64,000 nucleotides of DNA, from NCBI GenBank assembly GCA_031418215.1, contig JANOXC010000119.1, forward strand, positions 4,245 through 68,244, written 5' to 3'. Of this stretch, positions 47,657 through 57,308 are shown piece by piece. Made by a program: the position numbers and the translations under genes. The DNA comes from Bacteroidota bacterium (lineage in GTDB: Bacteria > Bacteroidota > Bacteroidia > AKYH767-A > OLB10). The notes beneath the pieces are model-generated. The model did no database searches, was not told the origin of the DNA, and saw only the letters and a program-made list of their open reading frames with translations. Position 1 is the first letter of the stretch; every line of letters begins with the position of its first letter.

Positions 47657-50503
47657 TTGACAAGCCGGCCAATGAAGAGACTTAACCTTTTATTGATATC
47701 CCAATTCATTACCTTTTTTTCATTTGGACAAATCATTAATGGAAGCATTCTTGACAAAAAAACCAATGACCCATTAATTGGGGCAACCATATCAATTAAA
47801 GGTACTGCCACGGGCTCCTCTGCAAATGTATCGGGTGATTTTACGCTTAATATTAACCAACCACTACCTGTCATTCTAATTTGCTCCTATATTGGATATA
47901 TCACCCAGGAAATCACTGTAAGCGATACAAAAAAGCTGATTGTTAAAATGGTCGAGCAGCAAACATTGCTCAAGGAAATAAGCATATCTGATACACGTCT
48001 CACTGACAAACAACGCGAATCACCGCTAACCGTTGAAGCGATGGACATCATTGCCATCAGGGAAACGCCGGCAGCCAATTTTTATGAAGGTCTGGGCCAA
48101 TTAAAAGGAGTTGATGTTACTTCGGCAAGCATTGGTTTTAAAGTTATCAATACCAGAGGTTTTAACAGTACATCTCCTGTACGCTCATTGCAGATTATTG
48201 ATGGTGTAGACAATCAGTCACCAGGTCTCAATTTTTCCTTGGGTAATTTCTTAGGAAGTTCTGAACTTGATGTTTTAAAAGTCGACATCGTAGCCGGTGC
48301 CAGTTCTGCCTATTATGGACCTAATGCTTTCAACGGTGTTATCAGTATGACAACAAGAAGTCCGTTTGTTAAACCGGGTTTTGAAATAACCGCCAAGACC
48401 GGTACAAGGAACCTGCTGGAGACATCGATGCGTTATTCTGCTATAATTAAAAATAAAGAAGGCCTTGACAAAGTTGGTTTTAAATTAAATGCCTATTTCA
48501 TGAAAGCAAGGGATTGGGAAGCCAATAACCTTTCACCTACGCCTCAGTCTCGCAGCACCGTGTCAAACCCAGGTGGCTATGATGCTGTAAATATTTACGG
48601 TGATGAATACCTTGCAAGTGCTGATGCAACAGCTTCTTTAAAAACCAGTCCTGGACTAGGGGTATATTACCGCAAAGGTTATGCTGAGAAAGACTTAGTT
48701 GATTACAATACACAAAACATTAAACTGAATGCAGCTGTTCATTACCTTGTAAAACCTGACAATGAAATTATATATAGCTCTAATTTTGGTTATGGCACCA
48801 CCATTTACCAGGGTGATAACAGGTACAGCTTAAAAGACATTAAATTTTTTCAGAATAGGATTGAGTACCGAAAGAACAATAAATTTTTTATCCGCTTTTA
48901 TGCCACCAATGAAGATGCGGGTAAATCTTATGATGCATATTTTACTGCCTTGCTTTTGCAAAGGGCTGCAAAAGATGATTTACTATGGGCCAAGGAATAC
49001 AGAACTTATTATGATACTGCAATCGTTAGGTTAGTACAGGCCTTACCCGGTTATCCTGTTGCTTTTCAAGGATTCGGCAACCCTTATCTAGACAGCCTTA
49101 GAACTTTTTTAGGGGGATATAATGAATTGCTTACCTCCTATCACCAACAAACCAGTAATTTCGTTAGTAATTATATTACACCGGGGCACCAAGCTTATCT
49201 GGAACCGGGAACAGCACGTTTCGATTCCGCTTTTGCTGCAATTACTACCAAGGAGTCATATTCGCAGGGAGGATCATTGTTCTTTGATCGTTCAGCATTA
49301 TATCACGGGCACGGTGAATATAAGTTTACTCCAGGTTGGATGGACATTACGATTGGTGCCAATGCAAGGCTGTACAAGCCAAATTCCCATGGCACCATTT
49401 TCAGTGACACCTCTTATTATGAATACAACACCGTTTATAATTCCGACAATAGTGTATTAAGAGTTGATTCCACTTTAAAATATAAAAAGATTACGAACTA
49501 TGAATGGGGAGCATACCTTGGATTGGAAAAACGGTTTTTTAAGGATAAATTAAAATTAAATGCCACGGCCAGAGTTGATAAAAATGAAAATTTTCCTTAC
49601 CTATTTTCTCCTGCACTTTCAGCCGTTTATTCTCCTCATAAGAATCATACAATACGGGTCACTTTTTCCTCTGCCATACGCAACCCTACACTTTCCGATC
49701 AATATTTATATTACCCCGTTGGCCGGGCAATTCTTATTGGAAATTTAAATGGCTATGACTCGTTGGTTACTGTTGAATCTTTTGTGAATTATCTGAATAT
49801 TAATGATGTGAGTTTGTTACGTTTTTTTAATGTAAAACCCGTTGTGCCTGAAAAAGTAAAAACAATTGAATTGGGCTATCGAACGTCAGTTTTTGATCAT
49901 CTGTATTTAGATCTCAATGCTTATTATAGCGAATACCATGACTTTATCGGCTATAAAATTGGCACCAACCTCGATATTATTAATATTTATAATGGTCCAT
50001 TTTTCCCAGCTACAAAGAAAGTATTGTTCAATAACTTCTATCGTGTGGCAACTAACTCTGAAGAGGTGGTCACTACTTCCGGTGTCAGCGTTGGGTTGAG
50101 TTATTTTTTCAAGAATTTTTATGCCATTACCGGTAATTATTCCTTTAATCAATTGAATAAAGATGCGGAAGACCCCCTCATCCCTGCCTATAACACTCCG
50201 AAAAACAAATACAATATTGGTTTTAGCGGACGCGATATTATTACCTCGAAAATTAAGAATTGGGGATTCAGCATCAATTATAAATGGGTCGAGGGATTCT
50301 TATTTGAAGGTTCTCCTCAATTTACCGGATCTATCGAAACTTACGATATGGTAGATTTACAGGTCAATAAGAAATTCCCTCAATTGCAAACCACTTTTAA
50401 GTTCGGCATTCAAAACCTCTTAAATAATGAACATTATGAAGTTTATGGTGGGCCATTAGTTGGACGAATGGCATACTTTCAGGTAGCTGTCTCGCTTGAT
50501 TAA
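47657..50503 (+). CDS. TonB-dependent receptor (probable start 47672)
   Basis: N-terminal carboxypeptidase-regulatory-like domain, plug (INTRGFNS, GASSAYYGPNAFNGVI), C-terminal QNLLN...GR..YFQ. Confidence 0.93.
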   Translation: MTSRPMKRLNLLLISQFITFFSFGQIINGSILDKKTNDPLIGATISIKGTATGSSANVSGDFTLNINQPLPVILICSYIGYITQEITVSDTKKLIVKMVEQQTLLKEISISDTRLTDKQRESPLTVEAMDIIAIRETPAANFYEGLGQLKGVDVTSASIGFKVINTRGFNSTSPVRSLQIIDGVDNQSPGLNFSLGNFLGSSELDVLKVDIVAGASSAYYGPNAFNGVISMTTRSPFVKPGFEITAKTGTRNLLETSMRYSAIIKNKEGLDKVGFKLNAYFMKARDWEANNLSPTPQSRSTVSNPGGYDAVNIYGDEYLASADATASLKTSPGLGVYYRKGYAEKDLVDYNTQNIKLNAAVHYLVKPDNEIIYSSNFGYGTTIYQGDNRYSLKDIKFFQNRIEYRKNNKFFIRFYATNEDAGKSYDAYFTALLLQRAAKDDLLWAKEYRTYYDTAIVRLVQALPGYPVAFQGFGNPYLDSLRTFLGGYNELLTSYHQQTSNFVSNYITPGHQAYLEPGTARFDSAFAAITTKESYSQGGSLFFDRSALYHGHGEYKFTPGWMDITIGANARLYKPNSHGTIFSDTSYYEYNTVYNSDNSVLRVDSTLKYKKITNYEWGAYLGLEKRFFKDKLKLNATARVDKNENFPYLFSPALSAVYSPHKNHTIRVTFSSAIRNPTLSDQYLYYPVGRAILIGNLNGYDSLVTVESFVNYLNINDVSLLRFFNVKPVVPEKVKTIELGYRTSVFDHLYLDLNAYYSEYHDFIGYKIGTNLDIINIYNGPFFPATKKVLFNNFYRVATNSEEVVTTSGVSVGLSYFFKNFYAITGNYSFNQLNKDAEDPLIPAYNTPKNKYNIGFSGRDIITSKIKNWGFSINYKWVEGFLFEGSPQFTGSIETYDMVDLQVNKKFPQLQTTFKFGIQNLLNNEHYEVYGGPLVGRMAYFQVAVSLD

Positions 50504-50610
50504 TGATTCTCTTATATTTTTGTATCTAAATTGTTCTTGCAAATATTCTCCATAAATAAACAATCCTATTTCAATTTAATTAATTTTACAGAACTAAAAA
50601 CCATAACATC

Positions 50611-52152
50611 ATGATGAAACGCCTACTCATATTTATCTTCATTGCTGCTACCAGCTGTATTACAGCCAATGCACAACGGTATTTAACACAAATTTTTACC
50701 GATGCCCAAATTACTTACACGCCCAACATTGTGTATGCTAATAATTTCAGTTTTTTAACCGGAGCACCAGTAGCTACCGATTTATACATGGATCTTTATG
50801 CTCCTAATGCATCCATTGACCCGGGCATTAAACCATTGATTGTTTATTTGCATACCGGAAGCTTTCTCCCAACAATCGTGAATGGTACACCTACAGGGAA
50901 TAAAACAGACAGCGCCACTGTAGAAATGTGCCGTCAATTTGCAAAAAGAGGCTATGTTGTTGCGGCTATGAGCTATCGCGTGGGCTGGAATCCAATTGCA
51001 ACCTATGAAGGTATCCGTACCGGAACTTTATTAAACGCCGTTTATCGCTCTCTTCAAGATGTAAAATGCTGCGTTCGATTTTTAAATAAATCTGTTATTT
51101 CAGGTAATCCTTACTTAATTGATAGTAGTAAAATTGTTTTATGCGGACAAGGATCGGGCGGATATGTTGCGCTTGCTTATGCAACACTCGATAAAACAGC
51201 TGAAATAAATCTACCGAAATTCCTGGCTGATTCTACTGTTGTTGCTTATGGATTTGTTCAGGGTCAATCGTATGTCAACCCTGCTGTTTCAGGTGATTTT
51301 GATGGTTACGGAGGTGTGTCTATTTACAATAATCCAAATAATAGTGTTGGATTTAGTTCTAAAGTTCATTTCGTTATTAATCTTGGTGGCGCTTTAGCTG
51401 ACAGTTCCTGGCTTGAACCAGGGGATGCACCAATGACATCTTTGCATGTAATGGGTGATCCCTTTGCTCCTTATGGCGATGGGCCTGTAATTGTGCCTAC
51501 TACAGGTGGTTTTGTAGTAAATGTAAGCGGTAGCAAAACTGTTGTCACAAAAGCAAATGCAATAGGCAATAACAATTGTTTCATCAATGCAGGTTTTACC
51601 GATCCTTATACGTTAAGGGCTAATCAACTAAATATAGGGCAAGATGGTTTGTTTCCATTCGATATGAATCCTCCTACCCAGGCTGGTCCATGGGAGTGGT
51701 TTGATTTACAAGCTACCAGGAACTTGGCACAGTTGATAGGTTATCCGCCTTCTGAGGGGGACAGTGTATATAATGATGCATTACTCACCAACCCAAATAT
51801 GAGTAAAGCAAAAGCGTTGGCACATATTGATACCATTCAAAACTATGTAAACCCACGTATTGTTTATTGTCTTGGCTTGTTGACAAGCATCAATGACAAT
51901 TCCGCGGTAGCCGCCAGCATAGTGGCAATGCCCAACCCTTCCAATGATGGGATGAATATTGAACTTCGTCAAAGAGATAACCAAATTGTTTCCATTGAAT
52001 TATTTGACATTACAGGAAGAATAATCAACCATCACGACGGAATTGCAACTTCAACTTACCGAATTGCCCGAAAAGGAATTGAGCCGGGTATATATATTGC
52101 AAGGGTGAGGACTGAAAAAGGAGAAGCTTCTATCCGAATCTGCTTTAATTAG
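50611..52152 (+). CDS. Alpha/beta-hydrolase-fold protein with T9SS type A C-terminal domain
   Basis: DLYAP...KPLIVYLHTGSF, FAKRGYVVAAMSYRVGW; C-terminal MPNPS...ELFDITGR...PGIYIARV. Confidence 0.85.
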   Translation: MMKRLLIFIFIAATSCITANAQRYLTQIFTDAQITYTPNIVYANNFSFLTGAPVATDLYMDLYAPNASIDPGIKPLIVYLHTGSFLPTIVNGTPTGNKTDSATVEMCRQFAKRGYVVAAMSYRVGWNPIATYEGIRTGTLLNAVYRSLQDVKCCVRFLNKSVISGNPYLIDSSKIVLCGQGSGGYVALAYATLDKTAEINLPKFLADSTVVAYGFVQGQSYVNPAVSGDFDGYGGVSIYNNPNNSVGFSSKVHFVINLGGALADSSWLEPGDAPMTSLHVMGDPFAPYGDGPVIVPTTGGFVVNVSGSKTVVTKANAIGNNNCFINAGFTDPYTLRANQLNIGQDGLFPFDMNPPTQAGPWEWFDLQATRNLAQLIGYPPSEGDSVYNDALLTNPNMSKAKALAHIDTIQNYVNPRIVYCLGLLTSINDNSAVAASIVAMPNPSNDGMNIELRQRDNQIVSIELFDITGRIINHHDGIATSTYRIARKGIEPGIYIARVRTEKGEASIRICFN

Positions 52153-52170
52153 TAAAAACACTTCATTCAT

Positions 52171-52204
52171 AAACTGTCTCAAGAGGATACTTTTGAGACA
52201 GTTT
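52171..52204 (+). terminator. Intrinsic terminator-like hairpin
   Basis: 12-bp stem AAACTGTCTCAA/TTGAGACAGTTT followed by CTTTTATT, 18 nt after the stop at 52152. Confidence 0.75.
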
Positions 52205-52264
52205 CTTTTATTGCCCAATCAATATATTTAAGTTATTAACGTTTACTGCTAAATAAGTATATAA

Positions 52265-53008
52265 GTGAAAGTTCGCATTCCTTTTAAATTCATTACCTTA
52301 ATCTTATTTCTTTTTTCCAATGAGATAAAAGCACAAAAGGATGTTACCACATTTGGTTTTGTGATGAAACCTATTTTCTCCAGCAAATATTTCCGAACAG
52401 GACCAACAGATATTGCTGATAATGGTATTAATTTCAATTTAGCACAGCAATCAGGATTTAGTGCCGGTGGTGTGCTTCGCTGGGGTTTAACCAAGTCACT
52501 TTCTTTTGAAACAGGTATTAACTATGTAAAGCGTAATTATCAACTAAAAATCACAGATTCAACTTCTACCCGTAAATCAGATTTTAAAATTGTTGGTTAC
52601 GAAGTACCGCTCCAGGCACTAATTTTTATTCAATTGAGTGAAGATATCTGGATGAATGCAGCGCTTGGACCGTCAATTGATATGTTTCCTTCTGACGTAA
52701 GTACATCTGATGATTATTTTGCTCAGCAGAGTATTCGAAATAGTAATACCGGCGTTTTTAATCTGGGCATAATAGCTAACCTTGGATGGGAATGGCGAAC
52801 AAAAAAAAATGGATATATATATTTAGGCGCATGTTATCACCGTTCTTTTAACGATACCTATACCACTACCATTGGTTACATCAACGACCCTAAAGCAAAA
52901 GAACCTTATGCCCAGGTACAAACAGGGCTTACAGGTGATTATCTAACTTTCGACATCCGTTATTATTTTCACGAAGACCCGGAGAAGAAGGCGAAAAAGA
53001 AAAAATAG
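52265..53008 (+). CDS. Outer-membrane beta-barrel protein (PorT/OmpW-like small barrel)
   Basis: Signal peptide; FETGINYVKRNY, YEVPLQALIFIQL and C-terminal FDIRYYF. Confidence 0.7.
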   Translation: MKVRIPFKFITLILFLFSNEIKAQKDVTTFGFVMKPIFSSKYFRTGPTDIADNGINFNLAQQSGFSAGGVLRWGLTKSLSFETGINYVKRNYQLKITDSTSTRKSDFKIVGYEVPLQALIFIQLSEDIWMNAALGPSIDMFPSDVSTSDDYFAQQSIRNSNTGVFNLGIIANLGWEWRTKKNGYIYLGACYHRSFNDTYTTTIGYINDPKAKEPYAQVQTGLTGDYLTFDIRYYFHEDPEKKAKKKK

Positions 53009-53194
53009 CAGCAGTGGCAGTTGATTCCTATAGCAATCGGGATTGCAGTTAAAAAATGTCCTCACCTTTCTTAAACAATTTCAAACCATTTCAAACAAAA
53101 TCAAACCAGTATATATGGTTGCTTTTACTACAGTTTCAATCATTAAGTTAAATTAGCTTCAGGAGGCAAAAAAATACGATTTGACTCCTTACTG

Positions 53195-54100
53195 TCAAAA
53201 CCCGAACATTTGAAATTCAGCATGACGTTTTTCAGACCATTTTACTGCAGGAAGCGGAAATTTAACAAAACCAATAACCTCTGAAATGCCACGCATTGTT
53301 TTTGAATGCCATTTTATTTTGGTGAGGTCAATATCTGCAGAAATATAATATTCTCGTTTTCTTTCAGCTTCCGGAAAAATAACCTGATCAATTTCATATA
53401 CCTGCTCATAAGCCGTTACCAATCCACTTGTACCATAGCCTCCTGCTAAATTGAGCCATTTTGGAAAACGAGAATCTTTATTCAGAAAAGAATATATATT
53501 GAAACTTAACCAATAAGTCTGTCCATTATAATCCTTAAACAAACGTTCAAGTGATGTTTCACCCAATACATCAGGACGATACTTTGCAAATTCAGAAGGT
53601 ACATAGGAGAATTTCATTGTTATGCGCTGCTCCTTCCATCCTAATTGTTGTCCTAGAAAGAGTGCGCATCCGGCAGTATTGGCAACCATATCGGAAGAAG
53701 AAAATCCCCAGTTTGTTGAATAAGCATCAAACAATTCAATAGTGGAAAGAAAAAGAAAACTGATACCCGTTCCAATCAAAGCACTTTTTTTCTGGCTTGT
53801 TCCAGTCCATAAAACAATATTATTACACCAGCGACTGATATAATAAGCTGAACCCACATGACCTAATTTATCCATTCCCTTCCACTCATGACTGTCATCG
53901 AATGCGTGAAAAGTTGTTGAAGGATAATCATCATACCACAATTTATACAAGCCTGTCATGGAGGCTGCATAGGTTACACCCAAACCTATTCCGGCAATCC
54001 TTGCTCGTTGTGGATTGAAAGTGGAAATGCTGTCGGCATCACCGGCCCTGCAGTGTATGTTTACCAGCAATAGAAAAAACAATAGAAAATATTTTATCAT
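53195..54100 (-). CDS. DUF2279/YfiM-family protein
   Basis: W.GMDKLGH, GFSSSDMVAN.AG and KDYNGQTYWLS motifs. Confidence 0.85.
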   Translation of the reverse strand: MIKYFLLFFLLLVNIHCRAGDADSISTFNPQRARIAGIGLGVTYAASMTGLYKLWYDDYPSTTFHAFDDSHEWKGMDKLGHVGSAYYISRWCNNIVLWTGTSQKKSALIGTGISFLFLSTIELFDAYSTNWGFSSSDMVANTAGCALFLGQQLGWKEQRITMKFSYVPSEFAKYRPDVLGETSLERLFKDYNGQTYWLSFNIYSFLNKDSRFPKWLNLAGGYGTSGLVTAYEQVYEIDQVIFPEAERKREYYISADIDLTKIKWHSKTMRGISEVIGFVKFPLPAVKWSEKRHAEFQMFGF

Positions 54101-54214
54101 TCTTACTGTAGCTGTATGTTTATGATAAAATAATTAGTTGCCAATCGATCCGTATTATTTCTGATAACTGAATGTTGCCTTTTACAAATTTAATGTTTTT
54201 GGGAATGAATAGGT

Positions 54215-54273
54215 CCCTTTGAGAAAGGGTTATGATAACATAATGACGTCACGATGCTTTCATTGTCAGCATG
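54215..54273 (-). repeat. Second degenerate REP-like element (same family as 42284)
   Basis: Minus-strand CATGCTGACAATGAAAGCATC vs CATGCTGAGGAACGAAGCATC at 42287; adjacent CCCTTT-gag-AAAGGG hairpin. Confidence 0.5.
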
Positions 54274-54319
54274 TAAAATTACAAACTCCAAATGTAATCC
54301 CGATAACTAACGATATCAG

Positions 54320-54354
54320 AATGTAAAATGTAAAATTCTAAATGCAAAATGTAA
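54320..54354. repeat. (AATGTAA)5 degenerate heptamer tract
   Basis: AATGTAA AATGTAA AATTCTA AATGCAA AATGTAA. Confidence 0.75.
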
Positions 54355-54493
54355 AAGTTCAATTAAAATCCGACATTTAGCTGTAGCAAAAAATAATTAG
54401 TCCCGTAAGCTAAAAATGAGCGAATTGATTAAAATTTTTCCCTTAACCCAGTAGGGGTAAAATATCACTAACAACAAATGAAGTAATTAGTTA

Positions 54494-54510
54494 CGATCCC
54501 AAAGGGATCG
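54494..54510. terminator. Hairpin downstream of the phosphohexomutase gene (terminator or REP-like palindrome)
   Basis: CGATCCC-aaa-GGGATCG, 16 nt past the stop at 54527. Confidence 0.5.
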
Positions 54511-54526
54511 AACATTGAAAACACGA

Positions 54527-55942
54527 TCAATTCAATAAAGTAGCCTTGCTATCATTCAAAATATCGAATGCTGAATCCTTGGTACTCGATTCTGCATACA
54601 ACCGCAAAACAGGTTCTGTACCGGAAGCACGTATCATCATCCAGTCACCATTCTCAAAAAAGTATTTATATCCATCAAGATCTTCTATATGATCTACCTT
54701 ATACTTTCCAAAACTTTTATATTGACCACTTTTACAATTGGCCAATATCTTTTGTTTTACTTCTTCTTTCAGATGAACATCATTTCGCTCAAAAGAAAAC
54801 TGACCAACAATTTCATATACTTCAGCAATAAGATCATTTAATGTCTTGCCACTACGGGCCATAAACTCCCAAAGTGTGAGACCCATCCAGATGCCATCAC
54901 GCTCTGGAATATGTCCTTTGATGGCAATACCGCCGGACTCTTCACCACCAAGCAATACATCTTCCTTAATCATTATCTCTGCAATATATTTAAATCCAAT
55001 TTTCACAGTTTCAATTTCCAGTCCATAATGCTTGCACAACTTGGCTACTTTCGGTGTTGTGGAAAAAGCAGTACAAACCTTACCGCGCAAACCTTTGTAC
55101 TTATAGAGATAGTGAATTAAAAGTAAAATAATATGATGTGAATCTACAAAATTTCCCTGTGCGTCATAAAATCCAAGACGGTCAGCATCACCATCGGTTA
55201 CTAAACCGGAACTGATCTTTCCTCCTGCATTCTTTATCAAATTTGAAAACTCAGTAAGATTCTTATGAATAGGTTCTGGTGCTTGTCCCATAAAGGATGG
55301 GTTATAATCGCTATGCAACATAATTAAGTCAGGCAGAATTCTTTTCATCACATTTTGACCTGAACCATACATAGCATCATAAGCCAATACCATTCCGGAT
55401 TTACGAATAGCATCCAGATCAAAGTTCTTAATTACATGATCTGTATACATGGTCTCCAGATCAGTATAAGACAACAACTTATTTTTCTCAAAAACTTCTA
55501 AAGAAATATTACTAAGATCGATAGTACATTGGTCCGGAATTAGTTTCTCAATTTCTTCCACCATTGCCGGCAATAATGGACCACCATACCATCCTTTCAG
55601 TTTAAAACCGTTGTATTCTGGGGGATTATGGCTAGCTGTAATGATAATTCCCAGATCAGTTTTCAAATTCACAGCACCCAGGGAAATCATTGGCGTGGAA
55701 ACAAATCCTTTTGCCAGCTCTACCCTGATTCCTTTACTGCATAGAACATGAGCTATTGTATGGCAAAATAATTCACCGGCAAAGCGGCAATCATGGCCCA
55801 GCACAACAGCAGGTTTTTCGCCCCTGTTTTGTAAAAGCCATTTGGCAGTGCCTTCTGCTACACGCGCTACATTAGCAACAGTAAAATCTTTGGCGATGAT
55901 AGCACGCCAGCCATCGGTTCCAAATTTTATTTTATCTACCAT
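54527..55942 (-). CDS. Phosphoglucomutase/phosphomannomutase family protein
   Basis: FGTDGWR, TASHNP, DGDADR, GEESGG and RASGTEP motifs; TACATTTG box at 56010-56017 (minus). Confidence 0.96.
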   Translation of the reverse strand: MVDKIKFGTDGWRAIIAKDFTVANVARVAEGTAKWLLQNRGEKPAVVLGHDCRFAGELFCHTIAHVLCSKGIRVELAKGFVSTPMISLGAVNLKTDLGIIITASHNPPEYNGFKLKGWYGGPLLPAMVEEIEKLIPDQCTIDLSNISLEVFEKNKLLSYTDLETMYTDHVIKNFDLDAIRKSGMVLAYDAMYGSGQNVMKRILPDLIMLHSDYNPSFMGQAPEPIHKNLTEFSNLIKNAGGKISSGLVTDGDADRLGFYDAQGNFVDSHHIILLLIHYLYKYKGLRGKVCTAFSTTPKVAKLCKHYGLEIETVKIGFKYIAEIMIKEDVLLGGEESGGIAIKGHIPERDGIWMGLTLWEFMARSGKTLNDLIAEVYEIVGQFSFERNDVHLKEEVKQKILANCKSGQYKSFGKYKVDHIEDLDGYKYFFENGDWMMIRASGTEPVLRLYAESSTKDSAFDILNDSKATLLN

Positions 55943-56103
55943 AAAACAAGAAATTTAATGCGTTTAATTTATAACTAATAAGGATAATGGATTTAGAAAA
56001 TCCATCTCGCAAATGTAAAATATAAGCTTAAATATTGCTAACAATCAATAAAAATATTGTATGCCTCTTTTTACCTTCAAAACCTTCTTATAAAAAGGCA
56101 CTA

Positions 56104-57204
56104 TTAATAATACTTCACAAATTCAGTTAGCCTGCGCCAATCGTATGTCTGCAAGGCTTTAAGGTATATAAATGACTGAGCCGGGCTTATTTCCTGGGTA
56201 TTGATCTTTTTAACAATATAATAAAACTGTTTCTCCCTAATGAAATCAATCCAGGATTTTAATCCGACAGCGATATCCATTTTTACCATATCGCGATACA
56301 ATATCTCTGATAATGCGGTATCATTCACATAAACCGTTACTGACACAGGGTCATATTCTACTTTATCATTAATTTTTTTCCAGATCTCCTTCACTTCAAT
56401 CTTTGTAATCAAGAGTTTTGGTTTTTCAGAAATATGAGAGCCAATCTTATCTCCTCCAAGATTATAATACACTTCCTTGTTAGTAGAAAGAAAATCCTGG
56501 ACGGCATTTTCAAAACGCCTGGAATTGATAAATTTCTGGCTGTCGGAATTATCATTGACGTCCAGCATCCAGGTAACAATCTTCTGTTGAATTTCAGCAA
56601 ATGAAGCCGATGAGTTTGGAAAGCGGCCTGTGCCGGCCGTAACATCATTCTTAATTTGGTCTGATTTGGTCACATTATCTATCACATTTCCTCCGAATTG
56701 AATGATGTGATAGGTATAATTCTTCCCATTTAAATAATATGCAAGTGTGGTATTGAAATTTCCATTTGCATTACTTTTTACAGTAGTACTAAATACCAAA
56801 TCCTGAATATCTTTGAAATCAACATAACCAAAACTGACTTCTTCACCAGTCTTGCTCTTTGAAGAGAAAGAAAATCCACTTGTCTCAGACTTTAAAGATT
56901 TACCAACCCCCGTCCAATACTCATATACATATATAATTTCCTGATTGGTAAAAGAAGTATAGCTTGATCGTTCAATTTCAAGAAGTGAAAGGCCGGTAAT
57001 CTTAATTTCTTTATCAGGGGAGTCCCACAATTTAACTTTTCCGTTAACCACTTGTTTATATACCAAAGCCGTAACCTCTGATACAACATTGCAACCCAAC
57101 GTATCATGTTGTTCTCCTCTAACTACACGAATCAGCACTGGAGTTTGGGTAAATCCATCAACAAAAAAAACACAGGAAAAAAGCAACATCAATAAAAATC
57201 TCAT
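56104..57204 (-). CDS. Hypothetical secreted protein, possibly a two-repeat GldN/PorN-like protein
   Basis: Signal peptide; weak pattern similarity to GldN in both halves (by eye only). Confidence 0.6.
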   Translation of the reverse strand: MRFLLMLLFSCVFFVDGFTQTPVLIRVVRGEQHDTLGCNVVSEVTALVYKQVVNGKVKLWDSPDKEIKITGLSLLEIERSSYTSFTNQEIIYVYEYWTGVGKSLKSETSGFSFSSKSKTGEEVSFGYVDFKDIQDLVFSTTVKSNANGNFNTTLAYYLNGKNYTYHIIQFGGNVIDNVTKSDQIKNDVTAGTGRFPNSSASFAEIQQKIVTWMLDVNDNSDSQKFINSRRFENAVQDFLSTNKEVYYNLGGDKIGSHISEKPKLLITKIEVKEIWKKINDKVEYDPVSVTVYVNDTALSEILYRDMVKMDIAVGLKSWIDFIREKQFYYIVKKINTQEISPAQSFIYLKALQTYDWRRLTEFVKYY

Positions 57205-57308
57205 AACTAAATTGATCTAAATCGGGTCTCTAACAACCAGTGCGCTAAGTTACTGATTAGTGCTGACCTTAGAAAACGCGGAACCCCAATGAATACAGGC
57301 ATTCTGAC

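Noticed and set aside
52801-52809. A9 homopolymer in the beta-barrel gene (and similar A8 runs) as phase-variation sites
   Set aside because: Expected in an AT-rich genome with Lys codons; the reading frames are intact.
57205-57308. Possible structured ncRNA between recF and the upstream hypothetical gene
   Set aside because: Only weak, short pairings; better explained by a promoter-like TAACTTAG on the minus strand. An Rfam scan would settle it.
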